From Pseudomonadota bacterium (lineage in GTDB: Bacteria > Pseudomonadota > Gammaproteobacteria > Steroidobacterales > Rariloculaceae): a stretch of 58,696 nucleotides of DNA. The notes under the pieces were generated by a model, which saw nothing but the letters and a program-made list of their open reading frames with translations, was not told the origin of the DNA and did no database searches. Where the stretch lies: contig JAZAGZ010000071.1 in assembly GCA_036231525.1 (NCBI GenBank), positions 1 through 58,696 of the forward strand, given 5' to 3'. Within the stretch, counting starts at the first letter, position 1. The number at the start of each line of letters is the position of its first letter. The position numbers and the translations under genes are program-made. Shown here piece by piece: positions 8,959-19,369 of the stretch.

Positions 8959-10467
8959 ATGACTGACGCAAACTCCAGCAATACCGCACCAGATGCTTCC
9001 GATGATCGGCCAATCGTTCTCCTCAATAAGGTGGGCGTGGTTTTGTCGGGACACACCGTACTTCACAATCTCACATGGGAACTTCTCCCAGGCGAACACT
9101 GGGCCATTGTCGGCGCCAACGGCAGCGGTAAAACCAGCTTTCTAAAATTGATTGCCGGAAATCTCTGGCCCGCTCCACAGCAAGGCACACGCCGTTACGA
9201 TTTTGGAGAAGATCTGCAAATTGACGCAGTAGAAGCGCTCGCCAAGATCATGCTCGTCGGGCACGAACTGCAAGACCGTTATACTCAATTAGGGTGGAAC
9301 TTTGACGCTACTGACGTCGTACTATCTGGGGTCTTTAAAACAGATGTTCCAAGACGTGAGCCTAAAACCACCGAACGGGACAAAGCTATAAACATTCTCA
9401 CCGCCCTCAACTTGTCCCACTTGGAGAATCGGCCTTTTCTGGAATTATCTCGCGGAGAGCAACGCCGCGTATTGATTGCACGAGGTCTTGCTTTTGAACC
9501 CAAGGTCTTACTCTTGGATGAGCCGGTTGCAGGTTTGGATACAAAGGCCCGACATTTACTGAATGAAATAATTGATAAAATTAGCAAAAAAATTACCGTC
9601 TTATGCTCCTATCATCAAACGACGGACATGCCGAACATGATCAATAGGATGTTAAGACTAGATAACGGCCACGTCGTTGAATCAGGAGTCTGTGATCCGA
9701 GCGATGCTCCTCATAACGTATCAACTGCCTTTGAGATCTCGGCACCGCCTAAGCCGCAGATCGCAAACACGGGAACCAAGCCAGCAACCATAATCCAAAT
9801 TGAAAACGCAAATATCTGGTTAGATGAACGTCGCGCCCTCGCAGATATTACATGGCAGCTCGTTGAAGGAGAGCACTGGCAGATCACAGGACCAAACGGT
9901 GCGGGTAAGACCACCTTCTTGAGAATGCTTCATGGACAGTTCCGACCTGCGGTAGGGGGATCCATTCATTTTCGCGGTATCGAGAACCCTGAAAATGTCT
10001 GGACACTGCGGCAACAAATCGCCTGGGTTTCACCCGAGTTACAGGCTGGATATTGGTATCCCTCAACCGTGCGACAATGTATTAGCTCTGGTTTTGACTC
10101 TAGCATCGGGCAGACTCGGAGGCTTGCGCCAACAGAAGTCGCTTTGATTAATGATCTGCTGGAACAATTCGAGCTCCAAGATCTGGCCGAACGCAATGTT
10201 AAAACTCTTTCCTACGGACAGTTTCGGCGTGTCCTGATTGCGAGGGCTGTTGTACATAAACCCAAGGTGTTATTGCTGGACGAACCCTGGGATGGTTTGG
10301 ATCCTAAGAATCTCGAACTCGTCACGCGAGAACTCAACCAAATTATCGCTCAAGGTACGCAGCTTGTGTGTGCAACACACCTAGAACGCAACCGCTCTCT
10401 GTTTAATCGGTCAATGAAGATCGACGAAGGGCACATCACCCGTTTGAACAAAATATCTAGCAAGTAA
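8959..10467 (+). CDS. modF: duplicated ABC ATPase without a membrane domain, ModF-like
   Basis: 502 aa with two ABC cassettes. Walker A motifs GANGSGKTS and GPNGAGKTT; signatures LSRGEQRRV and LSYGQFRRV; Walker B motifs LLLDEPVAGLD and LLLDEPWDGLD. The second half (WQLVEGEHWQITGPNGAGKTT...) closely resembles E. coli ModF as I remember it. Confidence 0.65.
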   Translation: MTDANSSNTAPDASDDRPIVLLNKVGVVLSGHTVLHNLTWELLPGEHWAIVGANGSGKTSFLKLIAGNLWPAPQQGTRRYDFGEDLQIDAVEALAKIMLVGHELQDRYTQLGWNFDATDVVLSGVFKTDVPRREPKTTERDKAINILTALNLSHLENRPFLELSRGEQRRVLIARGLAFEPKVLLLDEPVAGLDTKARHLLNEIIDKISKKITVLCSYHQTTDMPNMINRMLRLDNGHVVESGVCDPSDAPHNVSTAFEISAPPKPQIANTGTKPATIIQIENANIWLDERRALADITWQLVEGEHWQITGPNGAGKTTFLRMLHGQFRPAVGGSIHFRGIENPENVWTLRQQIAWVSPELQAGYWYPSTVRQCISSGFDSSIGQTRRLAPTEVALINDLLEQFELQDLAERNVKTLSYGQFRRVLIARAVVHKPKVLLLDEPWDGLDPKNLELVTRELNQIIAQGTQLVCATHLERNRSLFNRSMKIDEGHITRLNKISSK

Positions 10468-10476
10468 GATAGCCTC

Positions 10477-10917
10477 TCAGCCATGAGGGTGCACGTGGAC
10501 ATGAACGCGTCTAACTTCCTGAAAATTAATCCAATGAGCGCCCACCAAAACTAGGCTACCAAGCAAGCTAACACCTGTCTCTAGCCAACTTATCCACTGC
10601 CCGTGTCCCAAGAGTGCTGCAGCAGTTATCAAAGCCATGCCTACAACTCCAAGCACACCAATACCTACCCGACCGTGCTCCCTATAACCTAGATAGAAAC
10701 CAACGACACTACTGGGGACAATGAGCCAGAGCATGAGTTCATGGAAATGACCGGCCTCCCCAAACACAACGACCGCTAAAGGCAGGAGTGCTACGAGCAA
10801 CGGTAGTACGAGACAGTGCACTATGCAGATAGCGGATAGCGCTATCGCGATCCGATCAAAGTATCTGGATGAACTCATTCGCAGTGCAATTTTCCGGGGC
10901 AACGGGGCGGGGAGCAT
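10477..10917 (-). CDS. MerC-domain-like small membrane protein with a His-rich C-terminus
   Basis: 146 aa, about 4 TM helices. ICIVHCLVLPLLVALLP resembles the MerC family Cys/His motif. The C-terminal tail is RRVHVHVHPHG. Confidence 0.5.
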   Translation of the reverse strand: MLPAPLPRKIALRMSSSRYFDRIAIALSAICIVHCLVLPLLVALLPLAVVVFGEAGHFHELMLWLIVPSSVVGFYLGYREHGRVGIGVLGVVGMALITAAALLGHGQWISWLETGVSLLGSLVLVGAHWINFQEVRRVHVHVHPHG

Positions 10918-11055
10918 ACCACGGACACAGTAGACGGTCGGGCAGTCGATATTGATGGAGAGGTATTACACCTGTACCTAGCTTGTAACTCGCGCCGCTT
11001 CTACATCAATCAAAATGAATTATAGAAGCGACGCAAGTCACAAATTCCCGCGGCT

Positions 11056-12360
11056 TTAGCTGCCCAGATTCAGGTTGTAACCTTGCTCGTCGTGGAGCAC
11101 GAGATCTAGTCCGACTTGCTCATCCTGCTCGCTCACACGTAAGCCGATGATATTGTCAAGGACCTTAAGGATAATGAAGCTGACGACACCACAATAAATA
11201 ATCGTCGCAGCAATACCTACCAATTGCGTACCTACCTGAGAAGCAATGCTCACATCAAGACCTGCACCACCGAGTCCTGCATCTGCAAAGACGCCTGTCA
11301 GGATAGCGCCTATCACACCTCCCACACCGTGGACACCAAAGGCGTCTAGGGAATCGTCATAACCAAAAGCACGCTTTACTTTAACCACAGCAAGGTAACA
11401 CCCAAGCCCAGAAGCGATCCCGATAGCAAGAGCGCCCATTGGCCCGACAAAACCCGATGCTGGGGTAATTGCAACTAATCCTGCTACTGCGCCTGAAACC
11501 AACCCAAGAGCACTTGGTTTTCCATGACTTTTCCACTCGGCAAGCATCCAAGTCAAAGCAGCAGCTGCGGTTGCAATCTGCGTAACGGCCATTGCCATTC
11601 CCGCAACACCGTCCGCTGCCAATTCACTACCTGCATTGAAACCAAACCAACCTACCCACAGCATGGCTGCTCCAACCATGGTCAGTACAAGATTGCTTGG
11701 CTTCATCGGCAACTGCGGATAGCCACGTCTCTTGCCCATTACGATGGCTGCCACTAAGCCTGCGATACCCGCATTAATGTGTACCACAGTACCTCCAGCG
11801 AAATCGAGCACTCCCATGTTACCCAACCAACCGCCACCCCAGACCCAATGGGCTATTGGGGCGTAAACGACACTAACCCAGATCGCCATAAACCACAGCA
11901 TGGCCGAAAATTTCATACGCTCGGCGAATGCGCCAACAATGAGGGCCGGGGTAATTATGGCGAATGTCAGCTGAAACATAGAAAACACGGTCTCTGGAAT
12001 CGTACCGCTCACTGCATCTACACCCACACCGGCCATGAAGGCCTTTCCAAGACCCCCTACATAATCTGAACCATCCCCAAATGCCAGGCTATAGACGTAC
12101 AGCACCCAGAGCACGGTCATGAGGCAGCAGATTGTAAAACACTGCATCATGACAGAGAGCGCGTTCTTTGCTCTCACCATGCCGGCATAAAATAAAGAGA
12201 GCCCAGGTATGGTCATAAACAAAACCAGAGCCGTCGATGTCATCATCCAAGCAGTATCACCGGAATCTACCTGCGCAACCGCCATACCGGGTATGAGTGC
12301 TGCCAGTACCAGGAAGACCGCGGCGCGGGATCTACTAAAAATATTGTTTAGCATTGTCAC
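11056..12360 (-). CDS. amtB: ammonium transporter
   Basis: 434 aa, about 11 TM helices. Amt signatures DFAGGTVVHINAGIAGLVAAIVMGKR and FGVHGVGGVIGAILTG. Lies directly downstream of glnK. Confidence 0.95.
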   Translation of the reverse strand: MTMLNNIFSRSRAAVFLVLAALIPGMAVAQVDSGDTAWMMTSTALVLFMTIPGLSLFYAGMVRAKNALSVMMQCFTICCLMTVLWVLYVYSLAFGDGSDYVGGLGKAFMAGVGVDAVSGTIPETVFSMFQLTFAIITPALIVGAFAERMKFSAMLWFMAIWVSVVYAPIAHWVWGGGWLGNMGVLDFAGGTVVHINAGIAGLVAAIVMGKRRGYPQLPMKPSNLVLTMVGAAMLWVGWFGFNAGSELAADGVAGMAMAVTQIATAAAALTWMLAEWKSHGKPSALGLVSGAVAGLVAITPASGFVGPMGALAIGIASGLGCYLAVVKVKRAFGYDDSLDAFGVHGVGGVIGAILTGVFADAGLGGAGLDVSIASQVGTQLVGIAATIIYCGVVSFIILKVLDNIIGLRVSEQDEQVGLDLVLHDEQGYNLNLGS

Positions 12361-12375
12361 TTCCTCTTCTTTGTT

Positions 12376-12723
<348 letters not shown>

Positions 12724-12736
12724 TCATAATTCCTAT

Positions 12737-13396
12737 TTACTCTCCACCGATTGAGATGGATCTATTCACACTGAAAAACATATTGAGACCGGCAAGGTTT
12801 TCCGCCGATGCGTCCTGGCTCACTGCGAGATCACCTCCAACGGCTATCAAAGCAACTGAAAGGTCAAGACCCATAAAATCAAAACCATAGCCAACCTCTA
12901 GAACTTCCCCGTCAGCCACGTCACCACCGTGAGCTCCAACACTGGCGTATATACCGTTGCCAAAATCGTAACCAAGCGAGGTAAATGAATAGTCCTGAGA
13001 TGCAGGGGATGCATCATAGTCACCAAGAGCAACATCCAAGGAAAATGCGCCATAGCCCAACCCCAGATTAATCTCCTGATAAGTGTTATCCCAGTCATTG
13101 GTGTAGTAGTAACCAGTAAAACCCGCACTCCAACTGAAACCAGTATCAGCAAGGTCGCCGCCGGTTCCAAAGTAAAGGTCATACTCAAGCCCATCACCGA
13201 CATCTGCAGCCCAGGTACCTACGTACATACCGCTCTCGTGCTCGTAATCAAGACCGGCTGACGCGGATGAATCTTCCTGATAGATCCCACGATAAATATA
13301 GTCACTGACATAGCCAACGTTGCCAGAAAGTTGAGCCATCGAGACAGCGGGCGCCGTTATAAAAACGAGCAATATCATCAAGCGTCGTATTGCCAT
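12737..13396 (-). CDS. TorF-family putative outer-membrane porin
   Basis: 219 aa. Signal peptide ending AVSMAQ. GNVGYVSDYIYRGIYQ motif and alternating beta-strand pattern with aromatic girdles. This family often precedes glnK-amtB. Confidence 0.7.
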   Translation of the reverse strand: MAIRRLMILLVFITAPAVSMAQLSGNVGYVSDYIYRGIYQEDSSASAGLDYEHESGMYVGTWAADVGDGLEYDLYFGTGGDLADTGFSWSAGFTGYYYTNDWDNTYQEINLGLGYGAFSLDVALGDYDASPASQDYSFTSLGYDFGNGIYASVGAHGGDVADGEVLEVGYGFDFMGLDLSVALIAVGGDLAVSQDASAENLAGLNMFFSVNRSISIGGE

Positions 13397-13440
13397 TAGA
13401 GTGTCTCCTGCGTATTAATTGTGTTTCACATGCTTATAAA

Positions 13441-13456
13441 TGCACTATCCGTGCCA
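13441..13456 (-). promoter_or_regulatory. sigma-54 (-24/-12) promoter for the porin-glnK-amtB operon
   Basis: The minus strand reads TGGCACGGATAGTGCA. The consensus is TGGCAC-N5-TTGCA, so there is one mismatch in the -12 element. It lies 45-60 nt upstream of the porin start codon (13396). An A11/T11 tract abuts it at 13456-13466. Confidence 0.6.
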
Positions 13457-13715
13457 AAAAAAAAAATTCTTTACTTTCAACTTATTAAGGATTTTCAGAT
13501 AACTTTCTCGCCAATGTTTGCACTATAATGGGGCGAAATCGTGCACCACAAATGAGCAGGAAACTTTGGTGATCTACTTCAGCGAGCTATCATCGCGAAC
13601 GCATTGACCACGAGAATAAATAAGGTATCGACCATGACCACCGTCCCTACTTTGATCCTGCTCACCCTGACTACCAGAGCATTCAATAGGTTTTGGTTCG
13701 ACGTAGTTTAGATCT

Positions 13716-14900
13716 ATGGCATCTATTGGAACTCCGTATACCAACACGGCAACTCGTGTTTTGTTTTGCGGCGGTGGAGAACTCGGCAAAGAGGTTGTAG
13801 TAGAACTACAACGGCTTGGCGTCGAAGTCATCGTTTGCGATCGCTATGAGAACTCACCTGCGATGCAGGTGGCACATCGTGCCCACTCAATCAACATGCT
13901 CGACGGTAGATCACTGCGAGCAACTATTGAGTCAGAAAAACCTCATTTGATCGTTCCAGAAATCGAAGCAATCGCAACAGATGAACTAGCTTCATTAGAA
14001 CAGGAAGGCTACACCGTTATCCCGACGGCCCAGGCTGTGCAGCTAACTATGAACCGGGAAGGTATTCGACGACTCGCAGCAGAGGAGCTTGGAGTATTAA
14101 CATCTCCTTACAGATTTGCCACTACCCGCGCCGAATTCGACGAAGCAATCGCAGAAATAGGCCTGCCCTGCGTTGTAAAGCCAATAATGAGTTCCTCGGG
14201 TAAAGGGCAAAGCACCGTCAAGTCACAACCCGATATCGATGCCGCATGGAACTACGCCCAAGAAGGTGGCCGTACTGGCGCGGGAAAAGTCATCATCGAA
14301 GGCTTTATTGATTTTGACTATGAAATTACTCAACTAACCGTACGCCACGTGGACGGCGTTTCATTCCTGGACCCCATAGGTCACGTGCAAGTGGACGGCG
14401 ATTATCGCCAGTCATGGCAACCTCAACCTATGAACGATAAAGCACTGCAAGGTTCAAGGGAAATTGCCGAAAAAGTCACAGGCGCACTAGGCGGACAAGG
14501 TATTTTCGGCGTTGAGCTATTCATACGAGGGGACGATGTTATCTTCAGTGAGGTATCACCACGGCCCCACGACACAGGCATGGTGACAATGATCTCTCAG
14601 GATCTTTCCCAGTTTGCCATTCATGCCCGAGCAATACTTGGCCTACCGATTCCAAATATACGCACCCACGGCCCATCTGCTTCCAGCGTTATCCTGGTTG
14701 AAGGACACTCCGATCAAGTCCGGTTCGAAAATCTTGGGGCAGCCCTGAAAGAGACCGATACACAGGTACGTCTCTTTGGCAAACCTGAGGTACGTGGCCA
14801 CCGGAGAATGGGGGTAGCCCTCGCCCGCGGAAATACTGTTGAAGAAGCTCTAGAAAAAGCAAAGCGCGCCTCAGCGGCAGTAGTCACCATCCTTGGCTGA
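13716..14900 (+). CDS. purT: formate-dependent phosphoribosylglycinamide formyltransferase (GAR transformylase 2)
   Basis: 394 aa, collinear with E. coli PurT as I remember it: [28 protein letters not shown]..., [39 protein letters not shown]. Confidence 0.95.
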   Translation: MASIGTPYTNTATRVLFCGGGELGKEVVVELQRLGVEVIVCDRYENSPAMQVAHRAHSINMLDGRSLRATIESEKPHLIVPEIEAIATDELASLEQEGYTVIPTAQAVQLTMNREGIRRLAAEELGVLTSPYRFATTRAEFDEAIAEIGLPCVVKPIMSSSGKGQSTVKSQPDIDAAWNYAQEGGRTGAGKVIIEGFIDFDYEITQLTVRHVDGVSFLDPIGHVQVDGDYRQSWQPQPMNDKALQGSREIAEKVTGALGGQGIFGVELFIRGDDVIFSEVSPRPHDTGMVTMISQDLSQFAIHARAILGLPIPNIRTHGPSASSVILVEGHSDQVRFENLGAALKETDTQVRLFGKPEVRGHRRMGVALARGNTVEEALEKAKRASAAVVTILG

Positions 14901-14945
14901 CATTTGTAAAAAGGAACAGAATCAGAACCGTACACTCCCCTGCTT

Positions 14946-16628
14946 TTAGAATCGCGAATTTGTCAAAGACGTATCTGCGTCTTGCCACGCCTCTTCATAC
15001 AACTCATAGATCTCCAACGCCTCCTCAGTTTTGTCCTGAGCCTCTAGGCTCTTCCAGAGACCAAAAAGACCCCAGCCGTTGTTCTTGTTTAGTTCCACGT
15101 CGCGGCGATAAACCCGCTCCGCATCTCTCGCCCTTTCTGCCTCCAGCAACGCGGCCCCTAAGTAATGCCGCATCGGCTGCGGCCAATCCGGTGGTTCTGT
15201 ATACCCTAAGCTGTCCTCAATCGAGACTGCTGCGGCGAATGCCGCTATAGCACCATTCAGATTTCCCTGAGCCTGTTTTATCTCCCCTTCAAGGCCAAAG
15301 GCAGCCAATTCCATCAGTGTAGAAGTGGGTGCTGCGTTTCTAAAGATCGTTTCCGATGCTGGGTCTGATGCAATAGCCCTTACCCGATCAAGACTCTGTT
15401 CCGCGTCGGTAAACTCATCGAACGCAACCTGGGCACTACCCTGAGTGTAGTACCACATACCATCCAGGTAATGAGTGCCCTCCATTATTCTTTCCTCTAA
15501 ACGAAGCTCATCCCAACGACCAAACATTTTTTGGACCAACCAACGTGAAGCAATAGTTTTATGCCCCTGACCGCGTCGAATTCTCTGTTCCGTTTCATGG
15601 TCTCTAGCATTCGTCGCTGTTTGGACAGCCAGAGCATAATTCCCTTGTACGGCAGCAGAATATCGAACAAAATCGTAAGCATGCCGACGATGATTTTGCG
15701 CTGAAAGTGAATAGGTGCCTATGTCCGGAAATGAGAGTTCACCCCAAGCCTCCAGAAACTTCCCATCCACATCAGCAGAGCGTAGATTGTGCTCAACGTT
15801 CTTATCGTGCTGGCCAACTCCCATATAGATGTGACCCGGCATGTGCACTACATGGCCAACACCGGGCATCAATGGCGCCAACCTATCGGCTGCAGGCAGC
15901 GCCTGTTCCGGCATATTTGAGGCCTCCAGCAAATGAATGTATAGATGGTTAGCCCCAGGATGATCGGGACGTAGCGTCATGACCTGTTCCAACGCCGCTG
16001 CAGCCTCAGCCGTCCCCGGTAGTGCATTACCATCCTCGTCCCAGTAATACCGGCCGGGCCGAGTGATCATATAGGCATCTCCTAGAAGCGCCCCTGCATC
16101 GGGGTCCGATGGATACTTCTCGAAAAGCGCTTGGGCAGCCGCTAAATACGCCTGATCACGAGCATCACGATCTGGATATGTTTCCGAATCAAAGCGAACG
16201 TGAAGCGCGCGAATAAATGCCTGCTCCACCTCATTGCCGCTGTCAATAAGCTCGAACGCCCTGTCGATGGCTCTTCGAGCCTCACCATGAGGGTCATCCG
16301 GGAGACCGGCGCTACGACTATTGGGGACAGGCCCCAAAGATAAAGCCAACCCCCAATAGATCATTGGATGATCCGGGTCATGACGTAGTGCCTCCTGATA
16401 TGAGGCCACAGACTCAGGAAAATGGTAACCCCATGTTAGCCTCAACCCCTGATCGAAGAATTGTTGTGCGGTCAGCGAATCGGTGGAAATCGGCCGAGTG
16501 TATATCCCTGTACCTTCAACGAGCACAGCCAGTTCCTCTCCCTCAAGCGCGGGACCCGAAGGCGAGCACCCTAGAACCAGAAGTGCGACTATGGGAAGCC
16601 CGGTCACTTTAAAACAAAATTTATACAC
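14946..16628 (-). CDS. TPR-repeat lipoprotein of unknown function
   Basis: 560 aa. Lipobox LLVLGC near the N-terminus. Helical-repeat composition with TPR-like segments such as SYQEALRHDPDHPMIYWGLAL. Confidence 0.55.
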   Translation of the reverse strand: MYKFCFKVTGLPIVALLVLGCSPSGPALEGEELAVLVEGTGIYTRPISTDSLTAQQFFDQGLRLTWGYHFPESVASYQEALRHDPDHPMIYWGLALSLGPVPNSRSAGLPDDPHGEARRAIDRAFELIDSGNEVEQAFIRALHVRFDSETYPDRDARDQAYLAAAQALFEKYPSDPDAGALLGDAYMITRPGRYYWDEDGNALPGTAEAAAALEQVMTLRPDHPGANHLYIHLLEASNMPEQALPAADRLAPLMPGVGHVVHMPGHIYMGVGQHDKNVEHNLRSADVDGKFLEAWGELSFPDIGTYSLSAQNHRRHAYDFVRYSAAVQGNYALAVQTATNARDHETEQRIRRGQGHKTIASRWLVQKMFGRWDELRLEERIMEGTHYLDGMWYYTQGSAQVAFDEFTDAEQSLDRVRAIASDPASETIFRNAAPTSTLMELAAFGLEGEIKQAQGNLNGAIAAFAAAVSIEDSLGYTEPPDWPQPMRHYLGAALLEAERARDAERVYRRDVELNKNNGWGLFGLWKSLEAQDKTEEALEIYELYEEAWQDADTSLTNSRF

Positions 16629-16702
16629 ATCTCTCTCCCTCTAGCAGTTCGTGATACCCACCCTTACATGCACTGCGTGCACAGTAGTATTGCCGTATTT
16701 TA

Positions 16703-17023
16703 TTAAAATTCTTCTGGGGCTACAGTTAAAGCCAGCCCATCAAGTTCCTCAGTAAAGATGATCTGACAACTCAACCGCGAGTGCTCATGATCATAGTTGA
16801 CAGAACCCCCCACAAGGAGCGCTTCCTCCTCCCCCCTGGGCGGTAATTTCTGCACCCAATGAGGATCAACATAGATATGGCAAGTTGCACAAGAGCAAAG
16901 CCCTCCACAAATGGCATCTACACTATTATCCAGTTCACGAATGTTTTCCATCAACGAAATGCCGATCTGAGCTTCCATCTCGACAACCTGACCTTCTCGG
17001 TCAGTGACTATTACTTTCACCAT
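16703..17023 (-). CDS. 2Fe-2S ferredoxin, adrenodoxin/putidaredoxin type
   Basis: Cluster ligands in CGGLCSCATCH plus a distal Cys in LSCQI. The likely start is MVKVIVTDREGQ at 17023 rather than the track start at 17095. Confidence 0.85.
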   Translation of the reverse strand: MVKVIVTDREGQVVEMEAQIGISLMENIRELDNSVDAICGGLCSCATCHIYVDPHWVQKLPPRGEEEALLVGGSVNYDHEHSRLSCQIIFTEELDGLALTVAPEEF

Positions 17024-17184
17024 ACCCTTCCGCTCCGCCCAAACGCGAAAAGTGGTGACTATACCAAAACCACTTGTGACCCTACGAAATCTCAACCTCG
17101 CAAACGTTGGTATTATTAGGGAACGTTAACAATCGGGAGTCTTAACGGTGAACCTCAACCGGCCACACACGGCCAGGAAGTCGT

Positions 17185-17901
17185 GTGATACTACCTTCAC
17201 CATCCCTTGACCATATGGCCACACGCCCAACCTATGCGACAGACGTAGGCCTAGTGCTATTTTTGAAGGCGCCGCACAATGCTAAACGCCGGCTTGCAGC
17301 GCAAATTGGAGACCTCGCAACCGCTGCAGCTACTCTCCTGTGGAACTGCACGTTACAGGATATAGAAGACTGGCATGGTTCCATCTGGTTTTCTCCTGCA
17401 AACCCCCAAGACAAAGCCTGGCTCATCTCCAAACTCGGCAGGAAGAAAAGCATGATTTCCCAGAGAGGTTCAACCCTCGGTGAACGCATCAATCATGTGG
17501 ATCATGAGCTCCGTTCCCAAGGACTTACCAAAATCATTTTTATTGGTACCGACTGCCCCGGCCTAGACCCGAGCTATCTCAGGCAAGCAGCAGAGCGTCT
17601 GGATGAGTACGATATGGTGTTTGGCCCCTCCAGCGATGGTGGGGTGGTACTTATGGGAGCGCGGCGCGCGTGGCCAAAATTGCGTGATTTGCCATGGAGC
17701 ACCGAGCACTTATACGACTCACTCTCAGCTGTTTGTAATCAATCCGGGTATACAACCACGGCCCTAGAGATGCGTTCTGATATTGATACGGTAAGTGACC
17801 TTCTCGCAGCTCAACATGAATTTGCAGAAGACATACGGCTTACACGACGTAATCTGTCTAAATGGATATCCGAACAGACCGAAAGACTGATAATCAAATG
17901 A
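17185..17901 (+). CDS. DUF2064 / TIGR04282-like nucleotidyl-/glycosyl-transferase (transferase 1, rSAM/selenodomain-associated)
   Basis: LVLFLKAPHNAKRRLA, IFIGTDCPGLD and FGPSSDGGVVLMG match my memory of the DUF2064 family. An alternative ATG start lies at 17215. ATGA overlap with the next gene at 17898-17901. Confidence 0.6.
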   Translation: MILPSPSLDHMATRPTYATDVGLVLFLKAPHNAKRRLAAQIGDLATAAATLLWNCTLQDIEDWHGSIWFSPANPQDKAWLISKLGRKKSMISQRGSTLGERINHVDHELRSQGLTKIIFIGTDCPGLDPSYLRQAAERLDEYDMVFGPSSDGGVVLMGARRAWPKLRDLPWSTEHLYDSLSAVCNQSGYTTTALEMRSDIDTVSDLLAAQHEFAEDIRLTRRNLSKWISEQTERLIIK

Positions 17902-18638
17902 GTGGCGAGTTAAAACCAATCCTGCTTTTACTCTTTGTCGGTGGGATGCTCCTCGCCATCACAATACTTCCCGTTGGGAACTGGCTATCAGTCATGGCCA
18001 TGTGGGTCGAATCACACCGCACATTTGCCTGGATAATTTTTATAGCCGCTTACACTGCCGCCTCTATCCTGATCATCCCAGGTACGATATTAACACTGGC
18101 TGCTGGATTCATATTTGGAATCCCCACTGGCATCTTTTTGGTTTCAGTGGGTAGCCTTACAGGCGCTGCCAGTGCTTTTATCGTGGGCCGATTCCTGGCT
18201 CGTGACTGGGTAAGCAAACGAATCAAAAGTTTCCCAAGCTTTGAGGTTTTGGACAAAGCCACTCGCCACAAAGGATTTATCATTGTGCTGCTGACTCGCC
18301 TCTCCCCCCTATTTCCCTTCAATCTTCTGAACTATGCATTTGGCCTTACAGCTGTACGTTTTAGGGACTATGTTCTCGCATCTTGGATTGGGATGGCGCC
18401 AGCAATTGTGCTCTACGTTTATGTCGGATCAGTTGCGGAAAATCTCTCTCAACTCACTGTCAATGGCATAAGTGAGGGCACCGAGAAAAACGCCCTACTC
18501 ATCATTGGACTAGTAGCAACACTGATTCTAACTTTCCTAATTACGCGTATGGCCACGAGAGCCCTCACACAACATCTCAAGTCCGAAACAGCCAGAGATC
18601 TCACAAGCAATAATATTGACGATTCAGGTAACGACTAG
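17898..18638 (+). CDS. TVP38/TMEM64 (DedA-related) family membrane protein
   Basis: Polytopic membrane protein with IIPGTILTLAAGFIFG and LLTRLSPLFPFNLLNYAFGLT motifs typical of the SNARE-associated/TVP38 family. Confidence 0.7.
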   Translation: MSGELKPILLLLFVGGMLLAITILPVGNWLSVMAMWVESHRTFAWIIFIAAYTAASILIIPGTILTLAAGFIFGIPTGIFLVSVGSLTGAASAFIVGRFLARDWVSKRIKSFPSFEVLDKATRHKGFIIVLLTRLSPLFPFNLLNYAFGLTAVRFRDYVLASWIGMAPAIVLYVYVGSVAENLSQLTVNGISEGTEKNALLIIGLVATLILTFLITRMATRALTQHLKSETARDLTSNNIDDSGND

Positions 18639-19366
18639 TGTATGAACGATCCAGTATCGCCATTGTTGTACCAGTCCTAGATGACATGCCACAACTACGT
18701 GCGCTGGTTAGCAGGGTTTGTAGCTGGCCCGAACAACCACACGAAATAATCGTCGTGTCTGCAACTCAAGATCCAGAATTACTAGCTTACTGTGAAATAA
18801 ACGGCTGCCGGTATCTTAACTCTGTGCGCTGTCGAGGCACACAACTAGACAATGGCGCCAGATCCACAGAAGCATCTGTTCTATGGTTCTTGCACGCTGA
18901 TGCCGTCCCCTACCCCTCTAGCCTCCGTGACATTACGCTGGCCCTCGCAGAAGGGGCGGAAGGCGGTTATTTCAGATTCGTGTTCACCGGACCATCCAGT
19001 TGGCGAAAGAAATTCATTGAATGGTCAGTAAAACTTCGTACGCGGCTAGGCGGCACCCCATACGGAGATCAGGGACTGTTTGTGCGCCGCCAAGCTTATC
19101 TTGAATGCGGTGGTTTCCCTCACGTACCCCTGTTCGAAGAGGTTGCCCTAGTTAGAAAACTGCGTGCCAGAAAACGCTTTTGGCGTCTTAAATCGCCGCT
19201 AGGCGTCTCACCCAGGCGATGGGAGCACGATGGCTGGACTCGACGGAGTCTTACTAATCGGTACCTTGCAATCCGTTATATGTTTGGCGCTACAGCGAAA
19301 AAACTGTCGCTAAGCTATGATCAAACGAACAAGATACCGAAGGAGAGCACAGATCAGAGATCCTGA
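18638..19366 (+). CDS. family-2-like glycosyltransferase (TIGR04283-like, transferase 2, rSAM/selenodomain-associated)
   Basis: 242 aa. IAIVVPVLDD start of a GT-A fold, LHADAVP as a DxD-like site, GDQGLFVRR. The GTG start overlaps the previous stop (TAGTG). Confidence 0.6.
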   Translation: MYERSSIAIVVPVLDDMPQLRALVSRVCSWPEQPHEIIVVSATQDPELLAYCEINGCRYLNSVRCRGTQLDNGARSTEASVLWFLHADAVPYPSSLRDITLALAEGAEGGYFRFVFTGPSSWRKKFIEWSVKLRTRLGGTPYGDQGLFVRRQAYLECGGFPHVPLFEEVALVRKLRARKRFWRLKSPLGVSPRRWEHDGWTRRSLTNRYLAIRYMFGATAKKLSLSYDQTNKIPKESTDQRS

Positions 19367-19369
19367 ACA

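Noticed and set aside
10992-11034. A hairpin (GCGcCGCTTCTA ... TAGAAGCGaCGC) downstream of amtB.
   Set aside because: It has a long 19-nt loop, an internal mismatch and no following T-run on the minus strand. I do not call it a terminator with confidence.
12898-13203. A 101-aa alternative-frame ORF inside the TorF-porin gene, and similar nested or antisense ORFs elsewhere (for example 55123-55545, 24051-24467, 40136-40591).
   Set aside because: Each is fully embedded in a longer ORF with clear family motifs, and none has independent support.
13518-13550. TGCAC-containing half-sites (TGCACTATAATGGGGCG, GTGCACC) as NtrC enhancer sites upstream of the sigma-54 promoter.
   Set aside because: Only one half of each putative palindrome matches TGCACC-N5-GGTGCA. 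This is too weak to call as a feature, so it is mentioned only as context.
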